Shown: piece after piece, positions 1 to 8,147 of the stretch
Numbering within the stretch: position 1 is the first letter of the stretch
Layout of the letters: the number at the start of each line of letters is the position of its first letter
Assembly (NCBI GenBank): GCA_964432825.1
Contig: CAYSOX010000001.1
Coordinates: forward strand, 781 to 64,780
Source of the DNA: an uncultured Lachnospiraceae bacterium
GTDB lineage: Bacteria > Bacillota > Clostridia > Christensenellales > UBA1242
Direction of reading: 5' to 3'
Length of the DNA: 64,000 bases
The notes under the pieces: generated by a model
Database searches by the model: none
Told to the model about the DNA's origin: nothing
What the model saw: only the letters and a program-made list of their open reading frames with translations
Translations under genes and position numbers: made by a program

Positions 1-728
1 AAATTATTCTAAATCTTAAAGGGCTTGCAGTAAAAACTAGAGTTGACGACAATTCATTTAAAAAGGTTATTACCTTAAATCATACTGGTGCTGGTGTTAT
101 TACCGCTGGTATGATTAATCCAGATGATGAAGTTGAAATTTTAAATCCAGATATGTACATTTGTACATTAGAAAGCGATGCCGTATTAAATATGGAAATT
201 ACTGTTGGTAGAGGTAGAGGATATGTTCTTGCTGACAAGAACAAAGACGTTGCTGCTCCTATTGGAACAATCGCTATGGATTCAAACTTTACCCCACTTA
301 AGAAGGTTAATTTTGAAGTACAAAGCACTCGTGTTGGTCAAAATATAGACTATGATAAGCTTGTAATTGAAGTTACAACAAACGGCACAATGAGCGCAAA
401 GGAAATCATTAGTCTTTCTGCAAAACTTGTAAATGATCACTTAAGATTGTTTATTGACCTTGTAGAAGATATGGCTAATCAATCGCTTTTAGTTTCAAGC
501 AAGGAAGATAAGGTTATCAAACTGCTTGAAATGAGTATTGAAGATATGGATTTATCCGTTCGTTCATACAACTGTTTGAAGCGTGCTAACATTAACACTG
601 TAGAAGATTTGACTAAGAAAACCGAAGACGATATGTTAAAGGTTAAAAACCTTGGAAGAAAATCACTTGACGAGGTTATTAACAAGTTAACAGGTTATGG
701 TTTAAGTTTAAAGAGTCAAGAAGATTAA
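1..728 (+). CDS. rpoA: DNA-directed RNA polymerase subunit alpha, 3' portion (5' end outside window)
   Basis: Frame 3 is open from the window edge (..ILNLKGLAVKTRVDD..NPDDEVEILNPD..). Alpha-CTD motif SVRSYNCLKRANINTVEDL..VKNLGRKSLDEV. Followed by rplQ as in the conserved alpha operon. Confidence 0.95.
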   Translation, partial: IILNLKGLAVKTRVDDNSFKKVITLNHTGAGVITAGMINPDDEVEILNPDMYICTLESDAVLNMEITVGRGRGYVLADKNKDVAAPIGTIAMDSNFTPLKKVNFEVQSTRVGQNIDYDKLVIEVTTNGTMSAKEIISLSAKLVNDHLRLFIDLVEDMANQSLLVSSKEDKVIKLLEMSIEDMDLSVRSYNCLKRANINTVEDLTKKTEDDMLKVKNLGRKSLDEVINKLTGYGLSLKSQED

Positions 729-743
729 TTTAAGGAGAACAAA

Positions 744-1253
744 ATGAATACACGAAAATTAAGTTTGCCAACCGATGAAAGAAATGCATTAATTTCTGGT
801 TTAGTAACAGATTTGTTATGGTACGGCAAGATTGAAACAACCCTTGCTCAAGCAAAGGCTGCTTCAAGAATGGCTGATAAGTGCATAACAATTGCAATCA
901 ACGCTTGTGAAGATGTAGTTTCTGAAGAAAAGACTGCAACTGACAACAAGGGTAAAGAAACAAAGGCAACTGTAGTTAAAGATGGCCCAAAGAAACTTGC
1001 TGCTCGTAGAAGACTTATGTCTATGCTTTATGACAAGCAAGAAGAGAAGGGTAAAAATGAGAAGAAGTCTGCATACAAAGCAAGAACTGAACAAATTCAA
1101 CATCCTTTAATTGAAAGATTATTCGATGACCTTGCTCCAAAGTATGCTAAGCGTGCTGAAGAACTTGGAACTAAGGGTGGTTACACCAGAGTTTTGAAGA
1201 CCTCTCTTCGTCGTGGAGACAATGCTCAACTTGCAATTGTTTCACTAGTTTAA
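744..1253 (+). CDS. rplQ: 50S ribosomal protein L17 (with K/E-rich internal insertion)
   Basis: RBS aaggag 8 nt upstream. C-terminal GGYTRVLK..RRGDNAQLAIVSLV is typical of L17. Position is directly after rpoA. Confidence 0.9.
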   Translation: MNTRKLSLPTDERNALISGLVTDLLWYGKIETTLAQAKAASRMADKCITIAINACEDVVSEEKTATDNKGKETKATVVKDGPKKLAARRRLMSMLYDKQEEKGKNEKKSAYKARTEQIQHPLIERLFDDLAPKYAKRAEELGTKGGYTRVLKTSLRRGDNAQLAIVSLV

Positions 1254-1666
1254 TTGATAATTATTTGTAGGGGTAGGGCAATTTAAATTGTTTTACCCTA
1301 TGCAAATTTTGTAATGCAATAAAATAATCCAACAAATTATTAATTATTGTTAATTTTACAAAAGTTATAGAAACTTTTACTCTGCTAATGGTGGTTAGCA
1401 ATTGAAAGAGTTAAAAAATATGAACAAACTAAACAAAATCTCACAGATTGGTTTTATAGTTGGTCAATGCGGAATTGGAAAAAATGCCAATTCCGTTTTT
1501 ATTTTTGAAAATGTTGTGGTATTATATAAAAAGGCAATTTAATGCAGAAAAAAGTAAAAGTTTTCATAAAAATTTGGTTAACTTTTATCTTAATAGATTT
1601 TTGCTTAAGATAAATAAAAAAAATTATTAGGGGATATTAAAAAAACATTTGATAATTTGATAAGAG

Positions 1667-2518
1667 GTGAATATGAATTTACTTAGTGGCAAGGATTTAA
1701 GTGCCAAAATTAGACAAAGCATAAAAGACGAAATCACGCTTGAATATTTACAGAAAGGGAAAGAACCTCCAACACTTACCGTTGTTTTGGTTGGAAATGA
1801 CCCTGCAAGTGAAATATATGTTCGAAACAAAGAAAGGGCTTGTGAAGAAGTTGGAATGCGTTCCCGAACGGTAAAATTGCCCGAAAATTCCTCCCTAGAG
1901 GAAATTAAAAGTGCAATAAAGGAATTAAACGACGACAACAAAGTTAACGGAATTTTGGTGCAATTACCTCTTCCAAACAAAAATTTTGAGGCAGAAATTT
2001 TAGAAACTATTTCACCAAACAAAGATGTTGATGCCTTAACACTTATAAATAAAGGCAAATTAGCCTCAAATTTGGGCATTGTCGCACCCTGCACACCGAG
2101 TGGCGTTATTGACTTGTTAAAAAGTGTAAAAACCGAATTTACGGGCAAAAACGCCGTGATTGTTGGAAGAAGCCAGTTGGTTGGTCGCCCAATTGCAACT
2201 ATGCTCACAAATTTGGATGCTACAGTTACAATTTGCCATAGTAAAACTAAAAATTTAAAGGAAATATGCAAAAGTGCTGATATATTGGTTGTGGCAATTG
2301 GCAAACCTAAATTTATCACGGCGGAGTATATAAAAAATGGTGCAACCGTTATAGATGTTGGCATAAATAGGGTGGAAGAAAAGGTTGTAGGTGATGTGGA
2401 TATTGAAAGTACGATTAATTTGGAAGGATTTATCACTCCCGTTCCGGGTGGTGTTGGGCCTATGACCATTACCGAGTTATTAAAAAATACGCTAATTTTA
2501 ACAAAAAATCTAGAGTAA
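1667..2518 (+). CDS. folD: bifunctional methylenetetrahydrofolate dehydrogenase/cyclohydrolase
   Basis: PTLTVVLVGNDPASEIYVRNK, GILVQLPLP, VIVGRSQLVGRPIA and PVPGGVGPMTI motifs. RBS agaggtg. Confidence 0.95.
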   Translation: MNMNLLSGKDLSAKIRQSIKDEITLEYLQKGKEPPTLTVVLVGNDPASEIYVRNKERACEEVGMRSRTVKLPENSSLEEIKSAIKELNDDNKVNGILVQLPLPNKNFEAEILETISPNKDVDALTLINKGKLASNLGIVAPCTPSGVIDLLKSVKTEFTGKNAVIVGRSQLVGRPIATMLTNLDATVTICHSKTKNLKEICKSADILVVAIGKPKFITAEYIKNGATVIDVGINRVEEKVVGDVDIESTINLEGFITPVPGGVGPMTITELLKNTLILTKNLE

Positions 2519-2674
2519 ATTGTGGTGTTATGTGAAAAATGTACAAAATTTTAAAATGAGTCTAGACAAAATTGAAAATTTGTGGTAATATATTATTGCA
2601 AAACATAAAATTTTATTAGACAAACCCGTTTTAATTTGTTACAATATTTATAGAAATTATAAGGGGAAATTGTT

Positions 2675-3013
2675 ATGAAAACATATGTTTATCCAGCAGT
2701 TTTGCAAGATGCTAAAAATGATGAATATTTTGTAAGTGTTCCAGATTTAGGTTTAATGGCTGTTGGAGAGTCTAAAGAAGATGCGTTTTGCAAAGGTAAA
2801 AATTGTTTACTTTCATATTTTGAACTAGCGGAGATGTTTAATACTGATATTCCAGCACCATCCACTTATGATGAGATAAAAGCAAACTATCCGAAATACG
2901 ATGTTGTTATGCTTGATGTTACAACTGGTAGCGGAGCAGAAGAATTGCTTGCCACCGATGAAGCAGAAGAGTATAAAAAGTTTATGAAATTATTCTTTGA
3001 TGAGGGTAATTAG
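2675..3013 (+). CDS. HicB-like (UPF0150) antitoxin-family protein, no HicA partner seen
   Basis: N-terminus YVYPAVL..DEYFVSVPDLGLMAVGESKEDA matches the HicB N-terminal fold pattern. RBS aagggg. First gene of a tightly spaced 4-gene cassette. Confidence 0.6.
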   Translation: MKTYVYPAVLQDAKNDEYFVSVPDLGLMAVGESKEDAFCKGKNCLLSYFELAEMFNTDIPAPSTYDEIKANYPKYDVVMLDVTTGSGAEELLATDEAEEYKKFMKLFFDEGN

Positions 3014-3021
3014 GAGGGTTT

Positions 3022-3327
3022 ATGACAGAATATCAAGAGAATTTAGTAGTGCTAGCCGTTTCGCTAGGCTTCCAAACAGTTAAAAAAGATGGAAAGGTTT
3101 TTTTGGTTACAATTGACGAAAATAAAACAAAACTATTTCCGTTTGACCCAAAGTCAGGCGATGCTTTGCTTGGTAAAGATGCAGAAATTTTGGCGATAAT
3201 TGATAAGCGTTTGGGGATAAAAACAGAAAGTGACGATTTAAAGCGTAGATATAATTTATTTATGTCTGCAATGGGCGACCCAAATAATCAATTTTGGGAT
3301 AAAGCCAAGGCTAAAAACAAAAAATAA
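3022..3327 (+). CDS. hypothetical protein (101 aa)
   Basis: ORF starts 9 nt after the previous stop, with RBS aggagg. No recognisable motif. Confidence 0.6.
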   Translation: MTEYQENLVVLAVSLGFQTVKKDGKVFLVTIDENKTKLFPFDPKSGDALLGKDAEILAIIDKRLGIKTESDDLKRRYNLFMSAMGDPNNQFWDKAKAKNKK

Positions 3328-3350
3328 TTTAAACTCTAGGAGGGGAAATT

Positions 3351-3638
3351 ATGGAAACAGTTTTATTTGTTCTTGGAGCAGGAACAACAATTGCACAGTT
3401 TATTAAAACAATGGAAGGTTTGGGAGAAACCAAATTGGCGGAAAAAGCAAGAACAATGTTTAAAAATATGAAAGAAAAGGTTTCTTCATTTATTAAAAAG
3501 CCAAATGATAAAATGCAAGAATTACAAGACAGGATAGATGGCTTAGTTGCTAGTGGTACCGATGTATTATCAAATGGTAAAGGGGGCATTTCTCCTAATG
3601 TACAAAGCACAATAGCAGAAGAAATACTTCCTTGTTAA
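3351..3638 (+). CDS. hypothetical protein (95 aa), hydrophobic N-terminus then helical
   Basis: ORF has RBS aggagggg 7 nt upstream. No recognisable motif. Confidence 0.55.
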   Translation: METVLFVLGAGTTIAQFIKTMEGLGETKLAEKARTMFKNMKEKVSSFIKKPNDKMQELQDRIDGLVASGTDVLSNGKGGISPNVQSTIAEEILPC

Positions 3639-3693
3639 AATGTTTTGAGTTTAATATAATGATTAATAAAACTAGTGGGAGTGGTAGTAGCAT

Positions 3694-4224
3694 ATGAACT
3701 ACCTTCAAGATTTAGCCAAAACCATAGGCTGGGTGTTTGTCAATGATGATGACGGTTATTCGGTTTATGAGTATAAGCAGGCTGTAAATAAATATGAGAG
3801 TATTTCTTATGTGGTAAAAATCTATGAAAAGCCAACGGAAGTTGAACTTTTTGATATTTTGCAATCGTTAAAACGGGTTTTGCCACGGAAACTCAATAGA
3901 AAAATAGATAAGATTTTAAAAAATGTCAAAATTGAAGATTTGGCAAATGTTGTTGATGTGGTAAATTTTGCCGTAGAAGAGTATATGTCAAAAACCGACT
4001 ATGCAAAACTTCGTGAATATGGTAAATGTATTGGTGTGAACATAGAGGATTGGGGCTATAAATTTAAATACAATCTATCCAAAAAGGAAGTTGCAGAAAT
4101 TTTGGCAAAAATTGAAACAAATCTGCCAATTGAAATTGCTCCCGCACTTGGCCGTATAAAAAAATTAGATTACAAAATAGCATATATTAAAAATCTAAAG
4201 CAAAAATTAACAACAGAAGAGTAA
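3694..4224 (+). CDS. hypothetical protein (176 aa)
   Basis: ORF has RBS gggagtgg. Last gene of the cassette. No recognisable motif. Confidence 0.6.
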   Translation: MNYLQDLAKTIGWVFVNDDDGYSVYEYKQAVNKYESISYVVKIYEKPTEVELFDILQSLKRVLPRKLNRKIDKILKNVKIEDLANVVDVVNFAVEEYMSKTDYAKLREYGKCIGVNIEDWGYKFKYNLSKKEVAEILAKIETNLPIEIAPALGRIKKLDYKIAYIKNLKQKLTTEE

Positions 4225-4576
4225 AAAAGTTTTTAATACATTTGATTATGTAAAAAAGATTATGAAATAGTATATGTTAGAAATAATAAGTTTCAATGAG
4301 GTGAACCTCAAAAATTACTTACATAAGAGTAAAAATTAAAAAAATTTATCATAGATTAAAATAATATTAAATATTAAAAAATTCCGAGCATATCCGTTCG
4401 GGATTTTTTTATGTTGCCATTTTATTAAAATATTTTTAAAGCATCTTTGTGTGAGGGTGTTTAAAACTTAACAATTTCCGTTTAAACGAAAATAAAAAAC
4501 AATACATTAAATTATATTGTTTTAAATTTTATTTACTTTCGTTGAGAAACTCTCCAGTAAGTTTATTTGGGTTTTC

Positions 4577-4705
4577 AAAAAAAAGTCACAAAGCCGTTTG
4601 CTGGTAGTATGATTACACCAGTCGTTCTGCTTTGTGACTTTTTGTAAAAAATCTATGAATTTACGGATGAATTGTTTCAACCATCCGGCTTAGGCGGTCG
4701 GAATT
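4577..4705 (+). repeat. composite intergenic element copy E1: nested bidirectional terminator hairpin, TACGG box, CCGGCTTAGGCGG hairpin
   Basis: aaaaaaaGTCACAAAGC..GCTGGTagtatgattaCACCAG..GCTTTGTGACttttt, then ..tttacggatgaat.., then caaccatccggcttaggcggtcggaat. Shares architecture and boxes with the copies at 19691, 23218(-) and 51869. Confidence 0.7.
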
Positions 4706-6008
4706 ATAACGGTAAAATGACTTCTTTTCCGCCCATATAAGGTTGAAGTGCCTTTGGAACACGGATAGAGCCGTCTGCATTTAAGTTATTTTCTAAAAGG
4801 GCAATTAAACCGCGAGGGGATGCAACAACGGTGTTATTTAATGTATGTGCAAGGCGGGTTCCTTTATCGGTTTTAAATTTAATTCCAAGTCTTCGGGCTT
4901 GTGCGTCACCCAAGTTGGAACAAGATGCAACTTCAAAATATTTCTTTTGTCGTGGACTCCATGCTTCAATATCACAAGACTTAACTTTAAGGTCAGCAAG
5001 GTCGCCCGAACAACATTCTAATTGACGAACAGGAATATTCATATTGCGGAAGATTTCAACCGTGTATCTCCACATTTTTTCATACCAATCTTTGCTTTCT
5101 TCAGGCTTGCAAACAACTATCATTTCTTGCTTTTCAAATTGATGCACTCGGTATAGTCCGCGTTCTTCCAAGCCGTGTGCACCGCCTTCCTTTCTAAAGC
5201 AAGGAGAGTAAGATGTTAGGGTGGCAGGGATTTGGTTTTCATTTAAAATTTGACCCGAAAATCTTCCAATCATAGAGTGTTCGCTTGTGCCGATTAAAAA
5301 CAAGTCCTCGCCTTCAATCTTGTACATCATGGCATCCATTTCAGCAAAACTCATAACGCCAGTAACAACATTGCTTCTTATCATAAATGGTGGGATACAA
5401 TAGGTAAAACCTTTTTCAATCATATAGTCTCTACCATATGCAATCATTGCCTCGTGAAGTCGTGCCGCATCACCCATTAAATAATAAAAGCCTTCACCAC
5501 TAGTTCTTCCCGCACTTTCTTTGTCAAGACCTCCAATTCGTTCTAAAATATCTGCATTGTAAGGAATCTCAAAGTCTGGAACAACGGGTTCACCAAAGCG
5601 TTCAACCTCAACATTTTCGGAGTCATCTTTACCGATTGGCACACTTTCATCCAATATGTTAGGGATAACCATCATACGCTTTTTAACTTCAGCATCAATG
5701 TTTGCTTGCTCTTCTTCAATTTGAGCAAGACGGTCGGCGTTTGATTTAACTTGTGCCTTGATTTTTTCGGCTTCCTCAAAATTCTTTTCTTTCATAAGTT
5801 TGCCAACCATTGCACTCAAACGATTTCGGTCAGCACGCAAGTTTTCACTCTCGGTTTTTAATTCACGATTGGTTTTGTCTAATTCAATAACTTCGTCTAC
5901 AAGAGGAAGTTTGCTGTCTTGAAACTTCTTCTTTATGTTTTCACGAACAAGGTCGGGATTTTCTCTAATTAAAGCAATATCTATCATAAGTTTTCTCCTA
6001 TCAATCAA
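4704..6008 (-). CDS. serS: serine--tRNA ligase
   Basis: N-terminal coiled-coil arm. Class II motifs FRKEGGAHG, GLYRVHQFEKQE and TLNNTVVASPR. Confidence 0.95.
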   Translation of the reverse strand: MIDRRKLMIDIALIRENPDLVRENIKKKFQDSKLPLVDEVIELDKTNRELKTESENLRADRNRLSAMVGKLMKEKNFEEAEKIKAQVKSNADRLAQIEEEQANIDAEVKKRMMVIPNILDESVPIGKDDSENVEVERFGEPVVPDFEIPYNADILERIGGLDKESAGRTSGEGFYYLMGDAARLHEAMIAYGRDYMIEKGFTYCIPPFMIRSNVVTGVMSFAEMDAMMYKIEGEDLFLIGTSEHSMIGRFSGQILNENQIPATLTSYSPCFRKEGGAHGLEERGLYRVHQFEKQEMIVVCKPEESKDWYEKMWRYTVEIFRNMNIPVRQLECCSGDLADLKVKSCDIEAWSPRQKKYFEVASCSNLGDAQARRLGIKFKTDKGTRLAHTLNNTVVASPRGLIALLENNLNADGSIRVPKALQPYMGGKEVILPL

Positions 6009-6121
6009 TTTAGATTAAGTTAAATTGTATCACCTTTTAAATATATTGTCAACTAACGAAAAAACAAATTTTTGATTATTTGTTTGCTATGGGGTGGTTA
6101 CTGTGATATAATTTTTTTTGT

Positions 6122-6319
6122 ATGGAAAAAATAAAGATTGAAAATGTAAATTTTCTGAGCAAAAATGAAGTCTATTTTGATTGCTTTGAGGATAGTTTGC
6201 CACTTTTAACTCAAGAAAATGTGGTTAATTTGTATATTAAGTCCACAGATTTAGGTGCAGATAAACCCCGATTTGGTTCTTCTTTAAACGAAACAAAACG
6301 AATCAACAAAATTTTGTAA
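6122..6319 (+). CDS. hypothetical small protein (65 aa), weak call
   Basis: ORF only. No convincing RBS and no motif. Confidence 0.3.
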   Translation: MEKIKIENVNFLSKNEVYFDCFEDSLPLLTQENVVNLYIKSTDLGADKPRFGSSLNETKRINKIL

Positions 6320-6543
6320 AGGATGACTTTTTTGTTGAAACAAAAAGTGCTTTAAAAAGATTGCATTATGCCCGATTTTTTGCTCCTTTTATATTTAAAA
6401 AATATTAAAAGATAAGTCGGGTGATTTTGGTAAATATCTTGACTAAAAAATAAATGTTTGATATACTATTATTCCGAAAAATGTACCGCCATTCTGGTGG
6501 TAAATTATACTAAAAAGTTCAAATTTTAAAAATTGCTGATGTT

Positions 6544-8133
6544 ATGGGGGATAATATGGCTACAAAATCACAAGAGAATAAAATACCGCAAAGCGTTGCT
6601 TCAATTATGCCAAACAATGTGGAGGCTGAATTGAGTGTTTTAGGTTGTGCATTAATTTCAGAAGATGCATGTATTGGAATTATTGGAAAACTTAAGCCAT
6701 CAGACTTTTATTCGGAAGTTAATCGTAAAATTTTCGAGGCGATGCAATCGCTTTATGCAAGAAATGTCGTAATTGACTATATAACATTAACCGATGAACT
6801 TGAAAAGACAAATAATATTAACAGTGTTGGCGGGGCTCAGTTTATAATGAGTTTAACAAACGCCGTTCCAAGTGCGGTAAGATGGTCGCAATATGCTGAA
6901 ATTGTAAAGCGATGTTCGGTAAATAGAAGCCTTATAACCTCATGTGAAACCATTGAACGAAAGGCTTATAATGGGGATGAAGACTCATTATCTACCGCCG
7001 AAAAGGCAATTTTTGAACTTGCTGAAAATGGTCAAGTTTCCGAACTTGAACATATTGAGCCCTATCTTGATACCGTTATTGCAAAGTTTGAAGAGATAAA
7101 CAAAACGGGCGGTGAAACACAAGGGATTCCGTCTGGGTTTTACGCGATTGATGAGATTACTAGAGGTTGGCAAAACAGCGATTTGGTGGTAATTGCAGCA
7201 AGACCGGCAGTCGGAAAAACGGCACTTTCTATGAATTTTATTGTAAATGCGGCATTAAAGAAGAAAAAATGTGCGGTATTTTCGCTTGAAATGAGCAAAG
7301 CCCAATTGGTTCAAAGAATGATTTGTTCGGTTGCGGGCGTGGATATGTCAAAGGCATTAAGCGGAAAACTTCAAAGCAATGATTGGTCAAAACTTTTTGA
7401 GGCTATGAACACACTTAAGTCGTGTGAAATATTTATTGATGATAGTACGCTTAATACTCCATCCGATATTTTAAGTAAATGCCGAAAATTAAAAAGAGAG
7501 CGAGGGTTAGACCTTGTAATGATAGACTACTTGCAGTTGATGTATAGCGACAAAAAGACGGATAATCGTCAACAAGAAGTGTCAGATATTTCAAGAAGAA
7601 TGAAGATTTTGGCAAAGGAATTGAATGTTCCGGTGTTGCTTTTAAGTCAGTTGTCGCGTGCGGTTGAAAACCGTACAAGTAAAAAACCCGTTCTTTCCGA
7701 CCTTCGTGAAACAGGTGCTATCGAACAAGATGCGGATATAGTTATGTTTATCCATAAACCTGAAGAAATGAAGGGGGTTGAAAAAGAGGGGGCAAGCAGT
7801 GACTATACTGCCGAAATTATATTTGCTAAGCATCGTAGCGGTAAAATTGGTAGTGTGTTCATTGGTTGGAAGGGTTCTAGAGTTAGTTTTGTTAACCTTC
7901 CAAAAGATGGTAATAGTCAAAGTTTGATGGAGAGTGCACCGCCAGAAACTAAGAAAATTAAGGCACCTACACCGGTTGATGTTGGGGATTTTAATGATAT
8001 TTTTGTATCTGAGGACAATCTTCCGCCTTTTGATATGCCAGACGACGGCGGAGCACTTGACGATTTAGATTTTCCGCCAGAAGCAGAGGGGCAGTCGGAA
8101 CCAGCCGACCCAAACGGGGATATTTTTGATTAA
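6544..8133 (+). CDS. dnaB: replicative DNA helicase with ~70-aa acidic/proline-rich C-terminal tail
   Basis: NVEAELSVLGCAL, Walker A ARPAVGKTA, Walker B LVMIDYLQLM, SQLSRAVE and RETGAIEQDADIV. The start could instead be the ATG at 6556. Confidence 0.95.
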   Translation: MGDNMATKSQENKIPQSVASIMPNNVEAELSVLGCALISEDACIGIIGKLKPSDFYSEVNRKIFEAMQSLYARNVVIDYITLTDELEKTNNINSVGGAQFIMSLTNAVPSAVRWSQYAEIVKRCSVNRSLITSCETIERKAYNGDEDSLSTAEKAIFELAENGQVSELEHIEPYLDTVIAKFEEINKTGGETQGIPSGFYAIDEITRGWQNSDLVVIAARPAVGKTALSMNFIVNAALKKKKCAVFSLEMSKAQLVQRMICSVAGVDMSKALSGKLQSNDWSKLFEAMNTLKSCEIFIDDSTLNTPSDILSKCRKLKRERGLDLVMIDYLQLMYSDKKTDNRQQEVSDISRRMKILAKELNVPVLLLSQLSRAVENRTSKKPVLSDLRETGAIEQDADIVMFIHKPEEMKGVEKEGASSDYTAEIIFAKHRSGKIGSVFIGWKGSRVSFVNLPKDGNSQSLMESAPPETKKIKAPTPVDVGDFNDIFVSEDNLPPFDMPDDGGALDDLDFPPEAEGQSEPADPNGDIFD

Positions 8134-8147
8134 AGAAGGAAAATGAT

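Noticed and set aside
1420-1542. 40-aa ORF (MNKLNKISQIGFIVGQCGIGKN..) between rplQ and folD.
   Set aside because: A strong intrinsic terminator (ggaattgg-aaaaaatg-ccaattcc plus a T-run, about 1469-1506) lies inside it, and its RBS is weak. A short non-coding transcript or a leader is more likely. I cannot support either from sequence alone.
1627-2469. 280-aa minus-strand ORF overlapping folD. Similar long antisense ORFs lie inside uvrA (42835-43512, 41716-42096), uvrB (39506-39919), the DUF4097-like gene (10509-10850) and the ABC transporter (20568-21288).
   Set aside because: Each lies entirely antisense to a gene with strong family motifs. They have low-complexity or unrecognisable translations and no RBS. 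These are shadow ORFs.
6009-6121. T-box leaders upstream of serS, metG (32739-32917), cysS and alaS.
   Set aside because: The leaders are only ~110-180 nt (alaS: 14 nt). They are AT-rich, and I could not find a T-box sequence (AGGGTGGNACCGCG-like) or specifier-loop architecture.
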